Positions 46,054 through 56,465 of a DNA stretch of 64,000 nucleotides are shown here, one piece after another; position 1 is the first letter of the stretch, and each line of letters opens with the position of its first letter. Made by a program: the position numbers and the translations under genes. The stretch spans positions 395,052 to 459,051 of the forward strand of contig MEWB01000001.1 of NCBI GenBank assembly GCA_001773215.1, given 5' to 3'. The DNA comes from a candidate division WWE3 bacterium RIFOXYC1_FULL_40_10. GTDB lineage: Bacteria; Patescibacteriota; WWE3; UBA101185; UBA10185. Under the pieces are notes generated by a model. It was not told where the DNA came from and ran no database searches. It worked only from the letters and a program-made list of their open reading frames with translations.

Positions 46054-47379
46054 CTAAAGCTTGCCCTCTATTTTTTTTCTTACTACCATTGGGTCCGCCC
46101 CTCCTTTAGTCTCCTTCATCACCTGGCCTACTAAAAAACTAATCGAATTAGTATTACCCTTTTTATAGTCTCCCACTGCTTTAGGGTTCATTTCCAACAC
46201 TTGGTCTATAACCCCGGCCAATTTTTCTTCATCTAAATTGTCCGAGTTTCCCTTTATAAGCTGCTCTAACATCGAGTAAAGATGTTCCGAACCCTTAGCG
46301 GCAGCCTCAATTATCTCCTTTTTGTTTACCAAAAAATTCGCGGATTTTATAGGATCCAAGCCCTTTTTTAGTGCCTGATCAAACAATATCACTGTATCAA
46401 GTCCGAAATTATTAACAATGGTTCTAGCCGTAGCAAGGGAAATTCCCATGCTCTCGTAACGGGAAACCGCCTCATCGGGTAATTCTCTTAACTGTGATGT
46501 AATTCCGGCAAGGTAGTCGTCGTCGAACTCCATGGGAGGTATGTCAGGTTCAGGGAAATACCTGTAATCATGAGCTTCTTCTTTGTCTCTTTGAGTAACC
46601 GTTTTCCCCGTAGCCTCATTAAAACCTCTGTTCTCCTGTTTTGGAATTTCACCTGATGTAAAAACTTCAACTTGCCTTTCAAACTCGGCGTTAACTGCTT
46701 TTTCTAAAAATTTAAACGAATTTATGTTTTTTATCTCGACTTTATAGGGAGCCAGTTCGTTCGCATTTTCCATTTCTTCCGTTCTAACAGACACATTAGC
46801 TTCTAATCTTAACTGGCCTTTCTCCATATCGACGTCGCCTATTTCTAAGAACCTAATAATATTTTGGACCTTTTTACAAAAATCCACTGCATCTGTTACA
46901 TTAGTAAAAACGGGTTTTGTCACCATTTCTATTAGCGCAACCCCCGACTTGTTGAAATCTATCAAAGTTTGGCTATTTACGTGAAATGACTTGGCAACAT
47001 CCTCCTCTAGGTGAATTCGGTCTAATTCAACTACAAAGCCATTATCGAGCTTCAAGGATCCCCCAACACATAAGGGTTGCTTATATTGGCTGATTTGATA
47101 ACCTTTTGGCAAATCCGGATAAAAGTAGTGCTTTCGATCAAACCTGGACTTCTGGTTGATTTCACACTTTAGTGCCATTCCAAGCAACTGTGTTTTCTCA
47201 ACCGCTTCCCGATTGGGCACAGGCAATGCGCCGGGCAAACCCAAACAAACCGGACACGTTAATGTGTTAGGCTCTTTTCCCCAAATATCAGAGGAGCAAT
47301 AACAAAACATTTTTTTATTAATTTTGGGATGTAAGTGTATTTCCAACCCCAATACAAGCTTATATTTAGTTAAGCTCAT
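46054..47379 (-). CDS. gatB: Asp-tRNA(Asn)/Glu-tRNA(Gln) amidotransferase subunit B
   Basis: LVLGLEIHLHPK..KMFCYCS..CPVCLGLPGALP..FDRKHYFYPDLPKGYQISQ. Confidence 0.9.
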   Translation of the reverse strand: MSLTKYKLVLGLEIHLHPKINKKMFCYCSSDIWGKEPNTLTCPVCLGLPGALPVPNREAVEKTQLLGMALKCEINQKSRFDRKHYFYPDLPKGYQISQYKQPLCVGGSLKLDNGFVVELDRIHLEEDVAKSFHVNSQTLIDFNKSGVALIEMVTKPVFTNVTDAVDFCKKVQNIIRFLEIGDVDMEKGQLRLEANVSVRTEEMENANELAPYKVEIKNINSFKFLEKAVNAEFERQVEVFTSGEIPKQENRGFNEATGKTVTQRDKEEAHDYRYFPEPDIPPMEFDDDYLAGITSQLRELPDEAVSRYESMGISLATARTIVNNFGLDTVILFDQALKKGLDPIKSANFLVNKKEIIEAAAKGSEHLYSMLEQLIKGNSDNLDEEKLAGVIDQVLEMNPKAVGDYKKGNTNSISFLVGQVMKETKGGADPMVVRKKIEGKL

Positions 47380-48067
47380 TGTTCATATCTCTAAAAACCA
47401 ATTGCTCTATTACAAAGTCATCTTGATCTATCACATAATCCACTAACTTTGCAACCTCTTTAGGATCCATTGAATACTTAAAATCCCTCTTGGCTCCGGC
47501 AGTTTCGTGTAAAGAAGTTTTCATTAAACCAGGATAGAGCCCTACAACACTTATATTATCTTTTTGTAAATCTTTTCTAAGGGCTTTGGTAAAGCCTGTA
47601 ATTGCCCACTTCGATGAGATATACACGCATCTTTCTTCTTTTGCTTCTATTCCATTTACCGACACAATGTTTACGATCTTTCCCCGTTTGTTTCTCTTCA
47701 TAATCGGCAAAACTGCCTTAGTCATATAAATCGTCCCCACTGTGTTAACCATTATCACCCGTGCAACATCTTGGTAAGTGTTTTCTACTAAATCTCCACC
47801 AAGCCAGATTCCTGCATTGTTTATCAAAACATCTATTTTCTTATGCCTCGCTACTATTTGGCTAACTACATCCTCAATTTGGCCGGGGTCTGATACATCA
47901 CAATAAAAATTGTCGCAACACAAGCTATCTCCAATCTCACACAGCTTGGTTTTATCGTTAGATGTAATTACTACGGTATGCTTTTGGTTCAGAAACTCTG
48001 CAATCTCAAGCCCCAAACCATCAGAGCCCCCTGTTATTAACACCACTTTTTTCTCTAATTCAATCAT
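47366..48067 (-). CDS. short-chain dehydrogenase/reductase (SDR)
   Basis: VVLITGGSDGLGLEIA Gly-rich motif, NNAGI, YxxxK context YISSKWAITGF. Confidence 0.8.
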   Translation of the reverse strand: MIELEKKVVLITGGSDGLGLEIAEFLNQKHTVVITSNDKTKLCEIGDSLCCDNFYCDVSDPGQIEDVVSQIVARHKKIDVLINNAGIWLGGDLVENTYQDVARVIMVNTVGTIYMTKAVLPIMKRNKRGKIVNIVSVNGIEAKEERCVYISSKWAITGFTKALRKDLQKDNISVVGLYPGLMKTSLHETAGAKRDFKYSMDPKEVAKLVDYVIDQDDFVIEQLVFRDMNNELN

Positions 48068-48068
48068 A

Positions 48069-48479
48069 TTAAATAATTACCCCAAGTGCTCTCAAAGCTT
48101 CTTTAAAAACTGTAATATTTTCAGTAAGTATAAAATGTGGCGGTTCAAACCCCGCTTCATGCACCAAATTATTTCTTATTTTGTGTGCCCCCCAAATGTT
48201 GCTATATAAATACCTATCAAAACGGTTTTCGGCAGATTTTAAACGCTCTCCCATCGACTCGCCATCCGAAATATCCTTTAAAGCCGCATCCAAACTTCTG
48301 TCTGCCATAATCAAGGCCTGTCTTAATTGCGCAGGAGATTTTGAAGCTATTGCCGCATTGATCTTTTTCCAATCGTCACGAATTCGTGCTTCGGATGCAG
48401 ATGATACCGAAGATCGTCCCCATCCGGATCCAAAAGAAAATAATTTAAATAAGTTTAAAACCATATATTTAATGAACAA
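48069..48479 (-). CDS. hypothetical protein with C-terminal HEPN-like R-x4-H motif
   Basis: ..RSLDAALKDI.. helix, then HKIRNNLVHE (R-x4-H). The start is uncertain. Inserted between gatA and gatB. Confidence 0.35.
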   Translation of the reverse strand: MFIKYMVLNLFKLFSFGSGWGRSSVSSASEARIRDDWKKINAAIASKSPAQLRQALIMADRSLDAALKDISDGESMGERLKSAENRFDRYLYSNIWGAHKIRNNLVHEAGFEPPHFILTENITVFKEALRALGVII

Positions 48480-48681
48480 TCATTCTCACTATTTTGTAGG
48501 CAAGTGCTAATGTGATTAAATGAACAGTCGCTTGAACCAATGCAGGCATCTCACCCAACGACTTTCCGGTGAAACCTCTAAAGACTTGATCTGCTAAAAA
48601 TATAACAAACACAAAAAACATAACCGGGACTGCTAGCCACATTATTCTATCGTCTATTTTTATAATCGGTGCTTTACCCAT
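48469..48681 (-). CDS. small membrane protein (70 aa)
   Basis: Two hydrophobic helices. Overlaps neighbours by a few nt on the same strand. Confidence 0.35.
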   Translation of the reverse strand: MGKAPIIKIDDRIMWLAVPVMFFVFVIFLADQVFRGFTGKSLGEMPALVQATVHLITLALAYKIVRMIVH

Positions 48682-48684
48682 ATG

Positions 48685-50106
48685 CTACTCAAGAATCGGC
48701 CTTTCTAAATTGAACTTAGTAGACTTTTCAAACTCGTGCGCTGCCCCTAACAGTTTCGCCTCAGCAAACATAGGGGCCATAATATTTAATCCTACAGGCA
48801 AATTTTGGTGAAGTCCACACGGCACTGAGATGCCTGTTATTCCTGCTATACTGCTTTGTTCTACCAAGACATCCATCATTTCTCCAAATGCCGAAAACTT
48901 CTCACTCTCACCTAATTTTAGAGCGATTCCAGGCATTGTTGGTCCAACAATAAGATCAACTTTCTCAAAAGCTTCATTCAAATCATCAATCAACATAGTC
49001 CTCACTCTTTGCGCTTTTGAGTAGTAAGCTTCATAATATCCGGCACTTAGGGCATACGCACCAAGCATCATTCGCCTCTTGGCCTCTCGGCCAAAGGTTC
49101 CCCTTGCATTTCCATACCTGACCCCGGTTAACCTAGCTAGATTGGAAGAAACTTCCGACCTTTGCAAAATCGTGTACACAGCTATCGAATACTTTGGATT
49201 CATCAAGTCAATATCAACTACTTCCGCTCCAAGCTCGGTGAAAACAGCAAGGCTATCCTCAACTGTTTTCTTATAGCCGGCTTCCATACCGATATCAAAG
49301 TAGGATGCCGGTCTTCCCACTTTTAAACCCTTCAAGCTGAAAGATTCCATCTTAGCTACATAATCCTCCACAGCCAAGGGAGAGGAAGTTGCATCAAACG
49401 GGTCGCCTCCCGCAATTACACCCAAAACTATAGCGGCATCTTCAACAGTTTTTGTTAGCGGACCGGGTGAATCAGTCGATGAAGCCATAGCAACCACACC
49501 GTATCTGCTTACACGTCCATAAGTAGGTTTTAAGCCTGTGATTCCACACCATGCCGCAGGGCCGCGAACACTTCCTGCTGTCTCGCTCCCAATTCCAAAA
49601 ATACACATATCGGCCGACACAGCCGCAGCAGACCCTCCGGATGACCCTCCCGGCACTCTGGAATAATCCCAAGGATTAGTAGTTTTAAAAAAGTCTGATG
49701 TTTCCGTGGAGGACCCGTGAGCAAATGCATCCATATTGGTTTTCCCCAATAAAATAGCCCCGGCATTTTCTAGCTTGCGTGTAACAGTAGATTCAAAAGG
49801 CGGTATATATCCTTTCAAAATATTCGACCCGGCCGTTGTTTGTATACCCCGTGTACTAAAATTATCCTTACAAACATAGGGAATTCCTAACAAAGGTTTT
49901 TTGTAACTGGCCTGTGAGATTTCCAGATCAGCTTTTTTGGCCAATTCTAGAGCCTTGTCGGCACATAACGTAATAAAAGCTTTAATTTTTTTATCATAGG
50001 AACTTATTTGGGTCAAACAGGCCTCCACCAAAGCCACACTGGTAAAATCCCGATTTTTTAAGCCTTCCCTTGCCTGTGAAATTGTGAGTTTGTTAAGCGA
50101 AGCCAT
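48685..50106 (-). CDS. gatA: Glu-tRNA(Gln)/Asp-tRNA(Asn) amidotransferase subunit A
   Basis: Amidase signature GGSSGGSAAAV, and the KDNF..TTAGS context. Confidence 0.9.
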   Translation of the reverse strand: MASLNKLTISQAREGLKNRDFTSVALVEACLTQISSYDKKIKAFITLCADKALELAKKADLEISQASYKKPLLGIPYVCKDNFSTRGIQTTAGSNILKGYIPPFESTVTRKLENAGAILLGKTNMDAFAHGSSTETSDFFKTTNPWDYSRVPGGSSGGSAAAVSADMCIFGIGSETAGSVRGPAAWCGITGLKPTYGRVSRYGVVAMASSTDSPGPLTKTVEDAAIVLGVIAGGDPFDATSSPLAVEDYVAKMESFSLKGLKVGRPASYFDIGMEAGYKKTVEDSLAVFTELGAEVVDIDLMNPKYSIAVYTILQRSEVSSNLARLTGVRYGNARGTFGREAKRRMMLGAYALSAGYYEAYYSKAQRVRTMLIDDLNEAFEKVDLIVGPTMPGIALKLGESEKFSAFGEMMDVLVEQSSIAGITGISVPCGLHQNLPVGLNIMAPMFAEAKLLGAAHEFEKSTKFNLERPILE

Positions 50107-50399
50107 TAGCGATCAAATACTGCCTCCGCACCAAATAAATCCCCTACTCTCTTGGAAGCATTAGACAACGCTTCTTCTGCCGATAAAGTAGCGGATACGT
50201 TTTCTTTTTGAAAAACATTTTTTCGCCCTGTAACTTGATATGTCTCATCAATATTGTGAGTGTCCAGTTCATTTAGAGTTACAACATAGTCCAACGTATC
50301 AGTTAGAATCTCCGAAAAGGCTTCCTCTTGCCCCGAGACATCAACTTTTATCAGTTTAGCAATATGCAAAACCTCATCTTTACTTATTCTATCGACCAT
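50106..50399 (-). CDS. gatC: amidotransferase subunit C
   Basis: 97 aa. The N-terminal ..EVLHIAKL.. region and the C-terminal ..RKNVFQKENVSATLSAEEALSNA.. region follow the GatC pattern. 1-nt overlap with the gatA start. Confidence 0.75.
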   Translation of the reverse strand: MVDRISKDEVLHIAKLIKVDVSGQEEAFSEILTDTLDYVVTLNELDTHNIDETYQVTGRKNVFQKENVSATLSAEEALSNASKRVGDLFGAEAVFDR

Positions 50400-50429
50400 A
50401 AAGCTATTGTATCTAAAAAAATCGAACTT

Positions 50430-51326
50430 TTACATACTTTCCAAGCGGCGGATGCGTTCCTCGATAGGTGGATGGGTGCTAAACAAATTTGCCGCTCCAC
50501 GCCCTATACCGGCACGGATAGGGCTTACAATGTATAAATGAGCTGTAGCGCCATTAGCAGCTTCAAGAATTTCCTCGTCGTTTGTCAGTTTTTTGAGCGC
50601 GCCTGCCAGCCCGGCCGGGTAGCGAGTTATCAAAGCAGCCGTGGAATCAGCTAAATATTCTCTGTTTCTCGAAAGTGCCAGCTTAATCAAAGTAGCTATT
50701 ATTGGGCTAAGTATTAAAAATACCACTCCGATCAGTAAAATAAGTCCGCTACCCTCGGAATTTCGTTTATTACTTGATCTGTACAACCTTCCACGGGTAA
50801 ACCAATCAGCTAACAAAGTGATTGTTCCTACTAGCACGCTCACTATACTCATTAGTCTAATATCGTAATTACCTATGTGGCTCATCTCGTGGGCTATTAC
50901 TCCCTCAAGCTCGCGTTTTTCTAATCTTTGGATAATCCCTGTCGTAAAGCAAATAACTCCATGCTCAGGATCCCTACCGGTCGCAAAAGCGTTCATTGAA
51001 GTATCATCGATAATGTAAACCTTCGGCTTAGGCAACCCGGAAGCTATAGACATGTTCTCAACTAGTTTGTGTACATCCGGTGCTTCATCGAAGTTAACTT
51101 CTTTTGCCCCCGAAATGCTAAGAACAATCTTGTCTGAATTATAATATGATAAAAGCCCGGAAACTCCCGAAAAGATAAGAGCAAAGGGAATCAATCCAAG
51201 CCCACCTGACTCTGTGAAAAACTCACCGATAAACCAACCTAGAGCGGACACCACAACAACGAAAGCAGTAACAACAAAAAATGTTTGGCGTTTATTCGAA
51301 TCGATATTTTGGTAAATATTTGGCAT
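50430..51326 (-). CDS. htpX: HtpX-type M48 zinc metalloprotease
   Basis: HEMSHIGNYD (HExxH), N-terminal TM helices, C-terminal ..STHPPIEERI. Confidence 0.9.
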   Translation of the reverse strand: MPNIYQNIDSNKRQTFFVVTAFVVVVSALGWFIGEFFTESGGLGLIPFALIFSGVSGLLSYYNSDKIVLSISGAKEVNFDEAPDVHKLVENMSIASGLPKPKVYIIDDTSMNAFATGRDPEHGVICFTTGIIQRLEKRELEGVIAHEMSHIGNYDIRLMSIVSVLVGTITLLADWFTRGRLYRSSNKRNSEGSGLILLIGVVFLILSPIIATLIKLALSRNREYLADSTAALITRYPAGLAGALKKLTNDEEILEAANGATAHLYIVSPIRAGIGRGAANLFSTHPPIEERIRRLESM

Positions 51327-51398
51327 GCGACTATTTTATCATCCATAAACGCGAAAAGCTCCGATTAAGGAGCTTCTCATATATATTGAACAATTAGC

Positions 51399-51920
51399 CT
51401 AAAAGGTAGTCATATAATCTGCAAGTTTAGGGAGTATCTGTTTAAACCAGGGTGTAAAACCTTCAGGATCCTGCTCAATTTCCTCTGCCAATTCCTCAAG
51501 AGATATCCATTCCCAGTCGCAAGCTTCATCTATGTTTATGTTGGGCTCCAAATCGTAATTACCCACAAACACGTGTGTAATTTCATGTTCCTTAAGGTTG
51601 TGATCCAACTCAACCTCATAATAATGCTCCATCAACGGTGTTAACTCGCACGAAAATCCCATCTCCTCCATCAAACGTCGTTTTGCAGCCTCTATAACAT
51701 CTTCACCGGGCCTGGGGTGGCCACAACAAGTATTCGACCACAATTCCCCGCAGTGGTACTTTTTTAAAGCTCTTCTTTGTATTAACAATTCCCCTTTTAT
51801 ATTAAAAACGAAAATCGAAAATGCCCTGTGCAGTAAACCTTTCTCATGTGCTTCCATTTTTTCCATTTCACCCAAGGGCTTGTTCTTGTTATCAATAAGT
51901 ATTACTTTTTCCACCATCAC
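51399..51920 (-). CDS. idi: isopentenyl-diphosphate delta-isomerase type 1 (NUDIX fold)
   Basis: HRAFSIFVFNIKGELLIQRR..WSNTCCGHPRPGE closely parallels the IDI-1 core (HRAFSVFLFN..TNTCCSHP). Confidence 0.8.
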   Translation of the reverse strand: MMVEKVILIDNKNKPLGEMEKMEAHEKGLLHRAFSIFVFNIKGELLIQRRALKKYHCGELWSNTCCGHPRPGEDVIEAAKRRLMEEMGFSCELTPLMEHYYEVELDHNLKEHEITHVFVGNYDLEPNINIDEACDWEWISLEELAEEIEQDPEGFTPWFKQILPKLADYMTTF

Positions 51921-52174
51921 ATTTTACTACACAAAACAAGAAAGCTCCCGTAAAGGGAACTTTCTCATGAGCCCGGCGGGTTGCAAAACCCTCCCGGTCC
52001 ACCACATAGCCTAAGCTATGAAAACCTATCAAGTAAGTTCAGTTTAACAAATCCTACTGTAAGTTCAATGGGATTATTCTATCGAAAATGGAACAATGTG
52101 CATTGATATTTCTAGCGAGATCAAGTATTTCTCTAAGGGTTCAATCCCCTTTGGGTCCACCACTAAATAGAATG

Positions 52175-52720
52175 TTAATTAAACCCAACCTTTACGGCCT
52201 CGCGTTCGGTATCGTTGGCTTCGAAGAACTCCTCGGCTTTAAATCCCAGCATATTTGCGATTAAGTTGCTTGGGAATACTACAATTTTCTCGTTAAACTG
52301 GCGGACCACATTGTTGTAAAACTGTCTGGAATATGCCACTTTATCTTCGGTGTCTGATAATTCCTTTTGTAAGTTGGTAAACCCCTCTTGAGCTTTTAAC
52401 TCTGGATATGCTTCTGCAACTGCAAACAAACTTTTTAAAGCTCCCGAGAGCATGTTATCAGCTTCACCGGCCTCTTTGGGATTTTGTGCACTAATAAGAG
52501 CCGCACGGGCTTTTGTTACATTTTCAAAAACTTCTCTTTCATGAGTAGCATAACCTTTAACAGTTTCCACAAGGTTAGGAATTAGATCCGCTCGTCTCTT
52601 AAGCTGAACGTCAATTTGGCTCCAAGCTTCTTTTATTCTTACCTTAAGAGAAGCCAGAGAATTATATAGACCTATTACTAAGAAGGCTAAAACTAACGGT
52701 ATTACCAATAAATAAATCAT
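52175..52720 (-). CDS. lemA: LemA family protein
   Basis: N-terminal [38 protein letters not shown]-terminal NMLGFK context. Confidence 0.8.
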   Translation of the reverse strand: MIYLLVIPLVLAFLVIGLYNSLASLKVRIKEAWSQIDVQLKRRADLIPNLVETVKGYATHEREVFENVTKARAALISAQNPKEAGEADNMLSGALKSLFAVAEAYPELKAQEGFTNLQKELSDTEDKVAYSRQFYNNVVRQFNEKIVVFPSNLIANMLGFKAEEFFEANDTEREAVKVGFN

Positions 52721-52878
52721 AAAACCTCCACAAATTTTACTACTGCAAATATTATACTACTTCAGTTTTGACCTGTAACCAAGCCTTCAAACTTGACATA
52801 TGCTATAGGATATGGGATAATCCAAACATCGAACTTAACCCCAGATATCGGGGAAAAAACTCATAATAAGGAGCAAAA

Positions 52879-53703
52879 ATGAAGACCAAGTTTTGGATAG
52901 TTCTAGTAGTCGTGGCGTTTGCCTTGTCTTTTGCTACTATTCCAGAAAAGGTTAAGGCTAGTGAGCTAAATCTCCCCAGCATCTCGGTGAACTTTCAGGG
53001 TCAGCCCCAATGGGAAGAGCTTAGCATCTCAAATACAGGACTTATCGAATTTTTGTTCGTGCCTACCTCTACCTATCCAACCCCAGACTACCTGGATAAC
53101 GGAAGAGTCTGGTATAAAACTCCAGCAGGAGACTTCAGAATAGACGAAAATTTGTGGTCTCCTTCGGAAGAAGTAGAAGGCGCATATGTTTGGCACCAGG
53201 CCACTACTTCAAGTGTGCAAAGCTTTTGGATCGACACCTACCCGGGCATCCTTATCGATTGGAACGGTTATGGGCCGTGGGAAGAAGCCCTCATTCACTA
53301 CACCTATTCCGGTATCGAATTGACTGAGGGGAGTACTGCGATTAACTTTACTGTCTACCCCCCGGTTTACCTGCCGGGGTACGGGGTACAAAATCCCATA
53401 TGGGATTGGTACACTGAAGCTTTCCCCATGTGGGCTGCGGATCAGTTTGGGCCAATCATAATGGACATCCAAACCTCATGCGATGGCTTTGGAGACAACC
53501 ACGAGGGCGAATTCGAATGGGAAACCGACATGCAAAGCGGTTTATGGTTCGGAAATGGTGTTCCTAGGCTGTTCGTATTAGATCCATTTACAGAGGTTTT
53601 ATGGACGTTGATGAGACCCGACGGGACAATATTGGCTCAGGGTATATCGCAAGGCCCATCATGTGGTACTAATTTGATGTGGCTTCCACTTATACAGCAA
53701 TAG
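52879..53703 (+). CDS. secreted hypothetical protein (signal peptide; Trp/acidic-rich)
   Basis: SD AAGGAGCAAAAATG, signal MKTKFWIVLVVVAFALSFA. G+C-richer. Confidence 0.5.
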   Translation: MKTKFWIVLVVVAFALSFATIPEKVKASELNLPSISVNFQGQPQWEELSISNTGLIEFLFVPTSTYPTPDYLDNGRVWYKTPAGDFRIDENLWSPSEEVEGAYVWHQATTSSVQSFWIDTYPGILIDWNGYGPWEEALIHYTYSGIELTEGSTAINFTVYPPVYLPGYGVQNPIWDWYTEAFPMWAADQFGPIIMDIQTSCDGFGDNHEGEFEWETDMQSGLWFGNGVPRLFVLDPFTEVLWTLMRPDGTILAQGISQGPSCGTNLMWLPLIQQ

Positions 53704-53759
53704 ATTTGTTACATGAGCTCGGACAGAAATATATATGTCCGAGCTCTTTTATTTATAAC

Positions 53760-55526
53760 TCATTTCTTTAGTCTTAACTTGAACTTATCCGCAAATTCTC
53801 CAAAACTCAGCGTGTTTACAATATCCTTGGCCTCTATTCCCGCTCTTCGAGCAATATTTACACCATATTTCATGTATTCCATTTGGCTTTTCTCGTGAGC
53901 GTCAGTGTTAATCACTAATGGTATTGCCCTTTTAACACATTCCTTAGCAAGATCATCGGGTAAATCAAGCCTGTTGGGTTGGGCATTTATTTCCATCAAT
54001 TTTCCCTCATATGCACATGCCGAAAAAACTTTCAACCAATCCGGATCAACCGGATCCCTTTCGTTTAGCAATCTCCCCGAAGGATGGCCTATATAGTTAA
54101 TGTAGGGATTTTCCAGTGCTTTAATTATTCGGTCGGTTATCTCTTCCCTTGATTGATTAAAAGCTGTATGAATAGATCCAAGAGCAAAGTCCAGTTCCTT
54201 TAGAATAGAATCCGGTAATGCCAGTGTGGCATCCGCCAGAATATTAACTTCGTACCCGAATAATATCTTGATTTCCGGGTATTTTTTACTAAGAATCGCG
54301 ATTTGCTCTCGCGTCTCGGTAATTATTTTTTCGACTTCCTCCAAACCTCTTGTTTGAACACTAGGAGCGTGATCAGTAACTCCATAATATTCATAGCCTA
54401 TCTTTATAGCCTGAATAATCATATCTTCCAGGCTATTTAAGCCATCCGACGCAATAGTATGCGATTGCAGATCTCCTTTTATATCACTTACTTTTATCAA
54501 ATTAGGAATTTTCCTTTGTCTGGCCAAATCTACTTCGTTGGAGCCATGACGCATTTCTGGGGGAATGTACTCTAGATTTAAGAAACCGTAAAACTCTTCT
54601 TCGGTGGCAAATTCCTTAATATCTTCCATACCTTTGCGCTTTATGCCATATTCCGATAAGGAAAAACCTTTATCTAAGGCGTATTGTCTTAATAGAATGT
54701 TATGTTGCTTGGAACCTGTATTATATTGCAGCATCGCTCCGTAGGATTGCGGTGTTGACAAGCGTAAGTCTACTTGAGCATCATTTGTGAGTACAACCAT
54801 CACTTTTTTTTCACCACGGGTTAGTACCTCGGCTATCTCGGGAAACTCCAAAAAGTGTTTGGCAACTTCATCAAAATTAGAAGTAGCGACAACAATATCT
54901 ATATCTCCAACTGTCGGGTTTTTCCGGCGGTAAGACCCTAGGGCATCGATCTTCTCTACAAACTCGCACTCTTTCATATACATAATTATTCTGTTCACAA
55001 CTTGCTCAGCATGGACGTACAACATTCGAGGTTTTTCGTTTTTTGTTAATTTAGATTGATTAATTGCTTCTAAGATTTGCGCCTCGGATTTTTCACCAAA
55101 GCCCTCGAGTGTTTGAATCTTATGATTTTCGGCTACTTCTTTAAGTTTTTCGATGGCACTTTCTCTACTATCAAGTTTAAAAGCATGGGCCAGTTTAAAT
55201 GCTTTTTTGGCACCTATACTTCGTAACCCAATCAGCGCAAACATTCCATCCGGCAAGCCCTTTTTTAACGCTTCAAACTTCTTTACCTCTCCAGTTTTAA
55301 ACAGTTCATCTAAGTGTTCGGATATAGTTGTTCCCACACCGGGAATTTCCCGAAGTTTTTTGTTTTCCCAGATATCGAATATTGAAACAGTGAGATTGTC
55401 TAAAATAGAAATGGCGTTTTGGTATGCTCTAATTTCAAAAAAGTTATTTCCCCTTATTTCCATCGCTGCCAGGGCTTCTTCCAGGATTGTGATTACTTCG
55501 TTGTTAGGAAGTCTTCTTTTAGTCAC
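53760..55526 (-). CDS. DNA polymerase X family protein with C-terminal PHP phosphoesterase domain
   Basis: N-terminal HhH/Pol-beta-like region (GVGTTISEH, GDIDIVV). C-terminal PHP His/Asp motifs (GVTDHAPS, GSIHTAF, TDAHE). Confidence 0.85.
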   Translation of the reverse strand: MTKRRLPNNEVITILEEALAAMEIRGNNFFEIRAYQNAISILDNLTVSIFDIWENKKLREIPGVGTTISEHLDELFKTGEVKKFEALKKGLPDGMFALIGLRSIGAKKAFKLAHAFKLDSRESAIEKLKEVAENHKIQTLEGFGEKSEAQILEAINQSKLTKNEKPRMLYVHAEQVVNRIIMYMKECEFVEKIDALGSYRRKNPTVGDIDIVVATSNFDEVAKHFLEFPEIAEVLTRGEKKVMVVLTNDAQVDLRLSTPQSYGAMLQYNTGSKQHNILLRQYALDKGFSLSEYGIKRKGMEDIKEFATEEEFYGFLNLEYIPPEMRHGSNEVDLARQRKIPNLIKVSDIKGDLQSHTIASDGLNSLEDMIIQAIKIGYEYYGVTDHAPSVQTRGLEEVEKIITETREQIAILSKKYPEIKILFGYEVNILADATLALPDSILKELDFALGSIHTAFNQSREEITDRIIKALENPYINYIGHPSGRLLNERDPVDPDWLKVFSACAYEGKLMEINAQPNRLDLPDDLAKECVKRAIPLVINTDAHEKSQMEYMKYGVNIARRAGIEAKDIVNTLSFGEFADKFKLRLKK

Positions 55527-55543
55527 ATGGTAATTGTATCATT

Positions 55544-56149
55544 CTAGGCATGTGTCTGCGCGTAAGTCCAATCGGCGATGTGCCACCAATTTTCGATGTA
55601 TTCAGCTCTAAGGTTTTGATATTTTAAATAGTAGGCATGCTCCCACAAGTCCAAACCTATAAGCACAGTATTTCCCTCCGAAATAGGAGTATCTTGGTTT
55701 TTGGTAGTCAGAATTTCCAGGTCGCCAGAGGGCTTTTTAACAAGCCATACCCATCCGCTTCCAAAATGCTTCATTGCCACATCAGTGAACTTTGCCTTAA
55801 ACTCAGCAAAAGAACCAAATGTATCATCTATTTTATCAGCTAACGCGTTGTTCGGGAGCACTTGGGGATCGGGCGACATGCATAGCCAAAAAAGATTGTG
55901 GTTATAAACTCCTCCGCCATGGTTTTTTATTGCCTGCCTGCTTTTTTCGGGGATATTATCTAAATTTTTGAGTAAATCCTCCAAGGACAACTCTGCAAAC
56001 TGTGGGAGTGACTCAAGGGCGGAATTTAACTTATCTACATATGTTTGATGGTGTTTAGTGTGATGGACTTCCATTGTTTTTTCATCAATATACGGCTCTA
56101 GTGAATCATACGGATACGGTAGTTGGGGTAATTGGTGTTTCATATTCAT
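55544..56149 (-). CDS. sodA: Fe/Mn superoxide dismutase
   Basis: LPYPYDSLEPYIDEKTMEVHHTKHHQTYV and DLWEHAYYLKYQN. Confidence 0.9.
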   Translation of the reverse strand: MNMKHQLPQLPYPYDSLEPYIDEKTMEVHHTKHHQTYVDKLNSALESLPQFAELSLEDLLKNLDNIPEKSRQAIKNHGGGVYNHNLFWLCMSPDPQVLPNNALADKIDDTFGSFAEFKAKFTDVAMKHFGSGWVWLVKKPSGDLEILTTKNQDTPISEGNTVLIGLDLWEHAYYLKYQNLRAEYIENWWHIADWTYAQTHA

Positions 56150-56258
56150 AATTATCTATATGTTTGGGATTTTGTAAAGGCTTTTCTACTGAAGAAAGCA
56201 TCTGCAAGTTTGTCCGTTGACCCAGACAGGTTGAGTTGGTAAGATATGTTGGTATTTT

Positions 56259-56335
56259 GGGGCCGTAGCTCAGTTGGTTAGAGCGCTTCCCTGTCACGGA
56301 AGAGGTCGCGGGTTCGAGACCCGTCGGTCCCGCCA
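56259..56335 (+). tRNA. tRNA-Asp (anticodon GTC)
   Basis: GGGGCCGTAGCTCAGTTGGTTAGAGCGCTTCCCTGTCACGGAAGAGGTCGCGGGTTCGAGACCCGTCGGTCCCGCCA. CCA encoded. Confidence 0.9.
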
Positions 56336-56465
56336 GTTCTTACCTTCACTCTCTATATCCACCGTATCCCTACTATAGGTTGACGCCATGCCTTTTCAAT
56401 GCTATACTCTGCCAAGCTCTCTAATCAAATCCCTAGGCCATGTGGCCATTAAAAGGAGTAATGCA

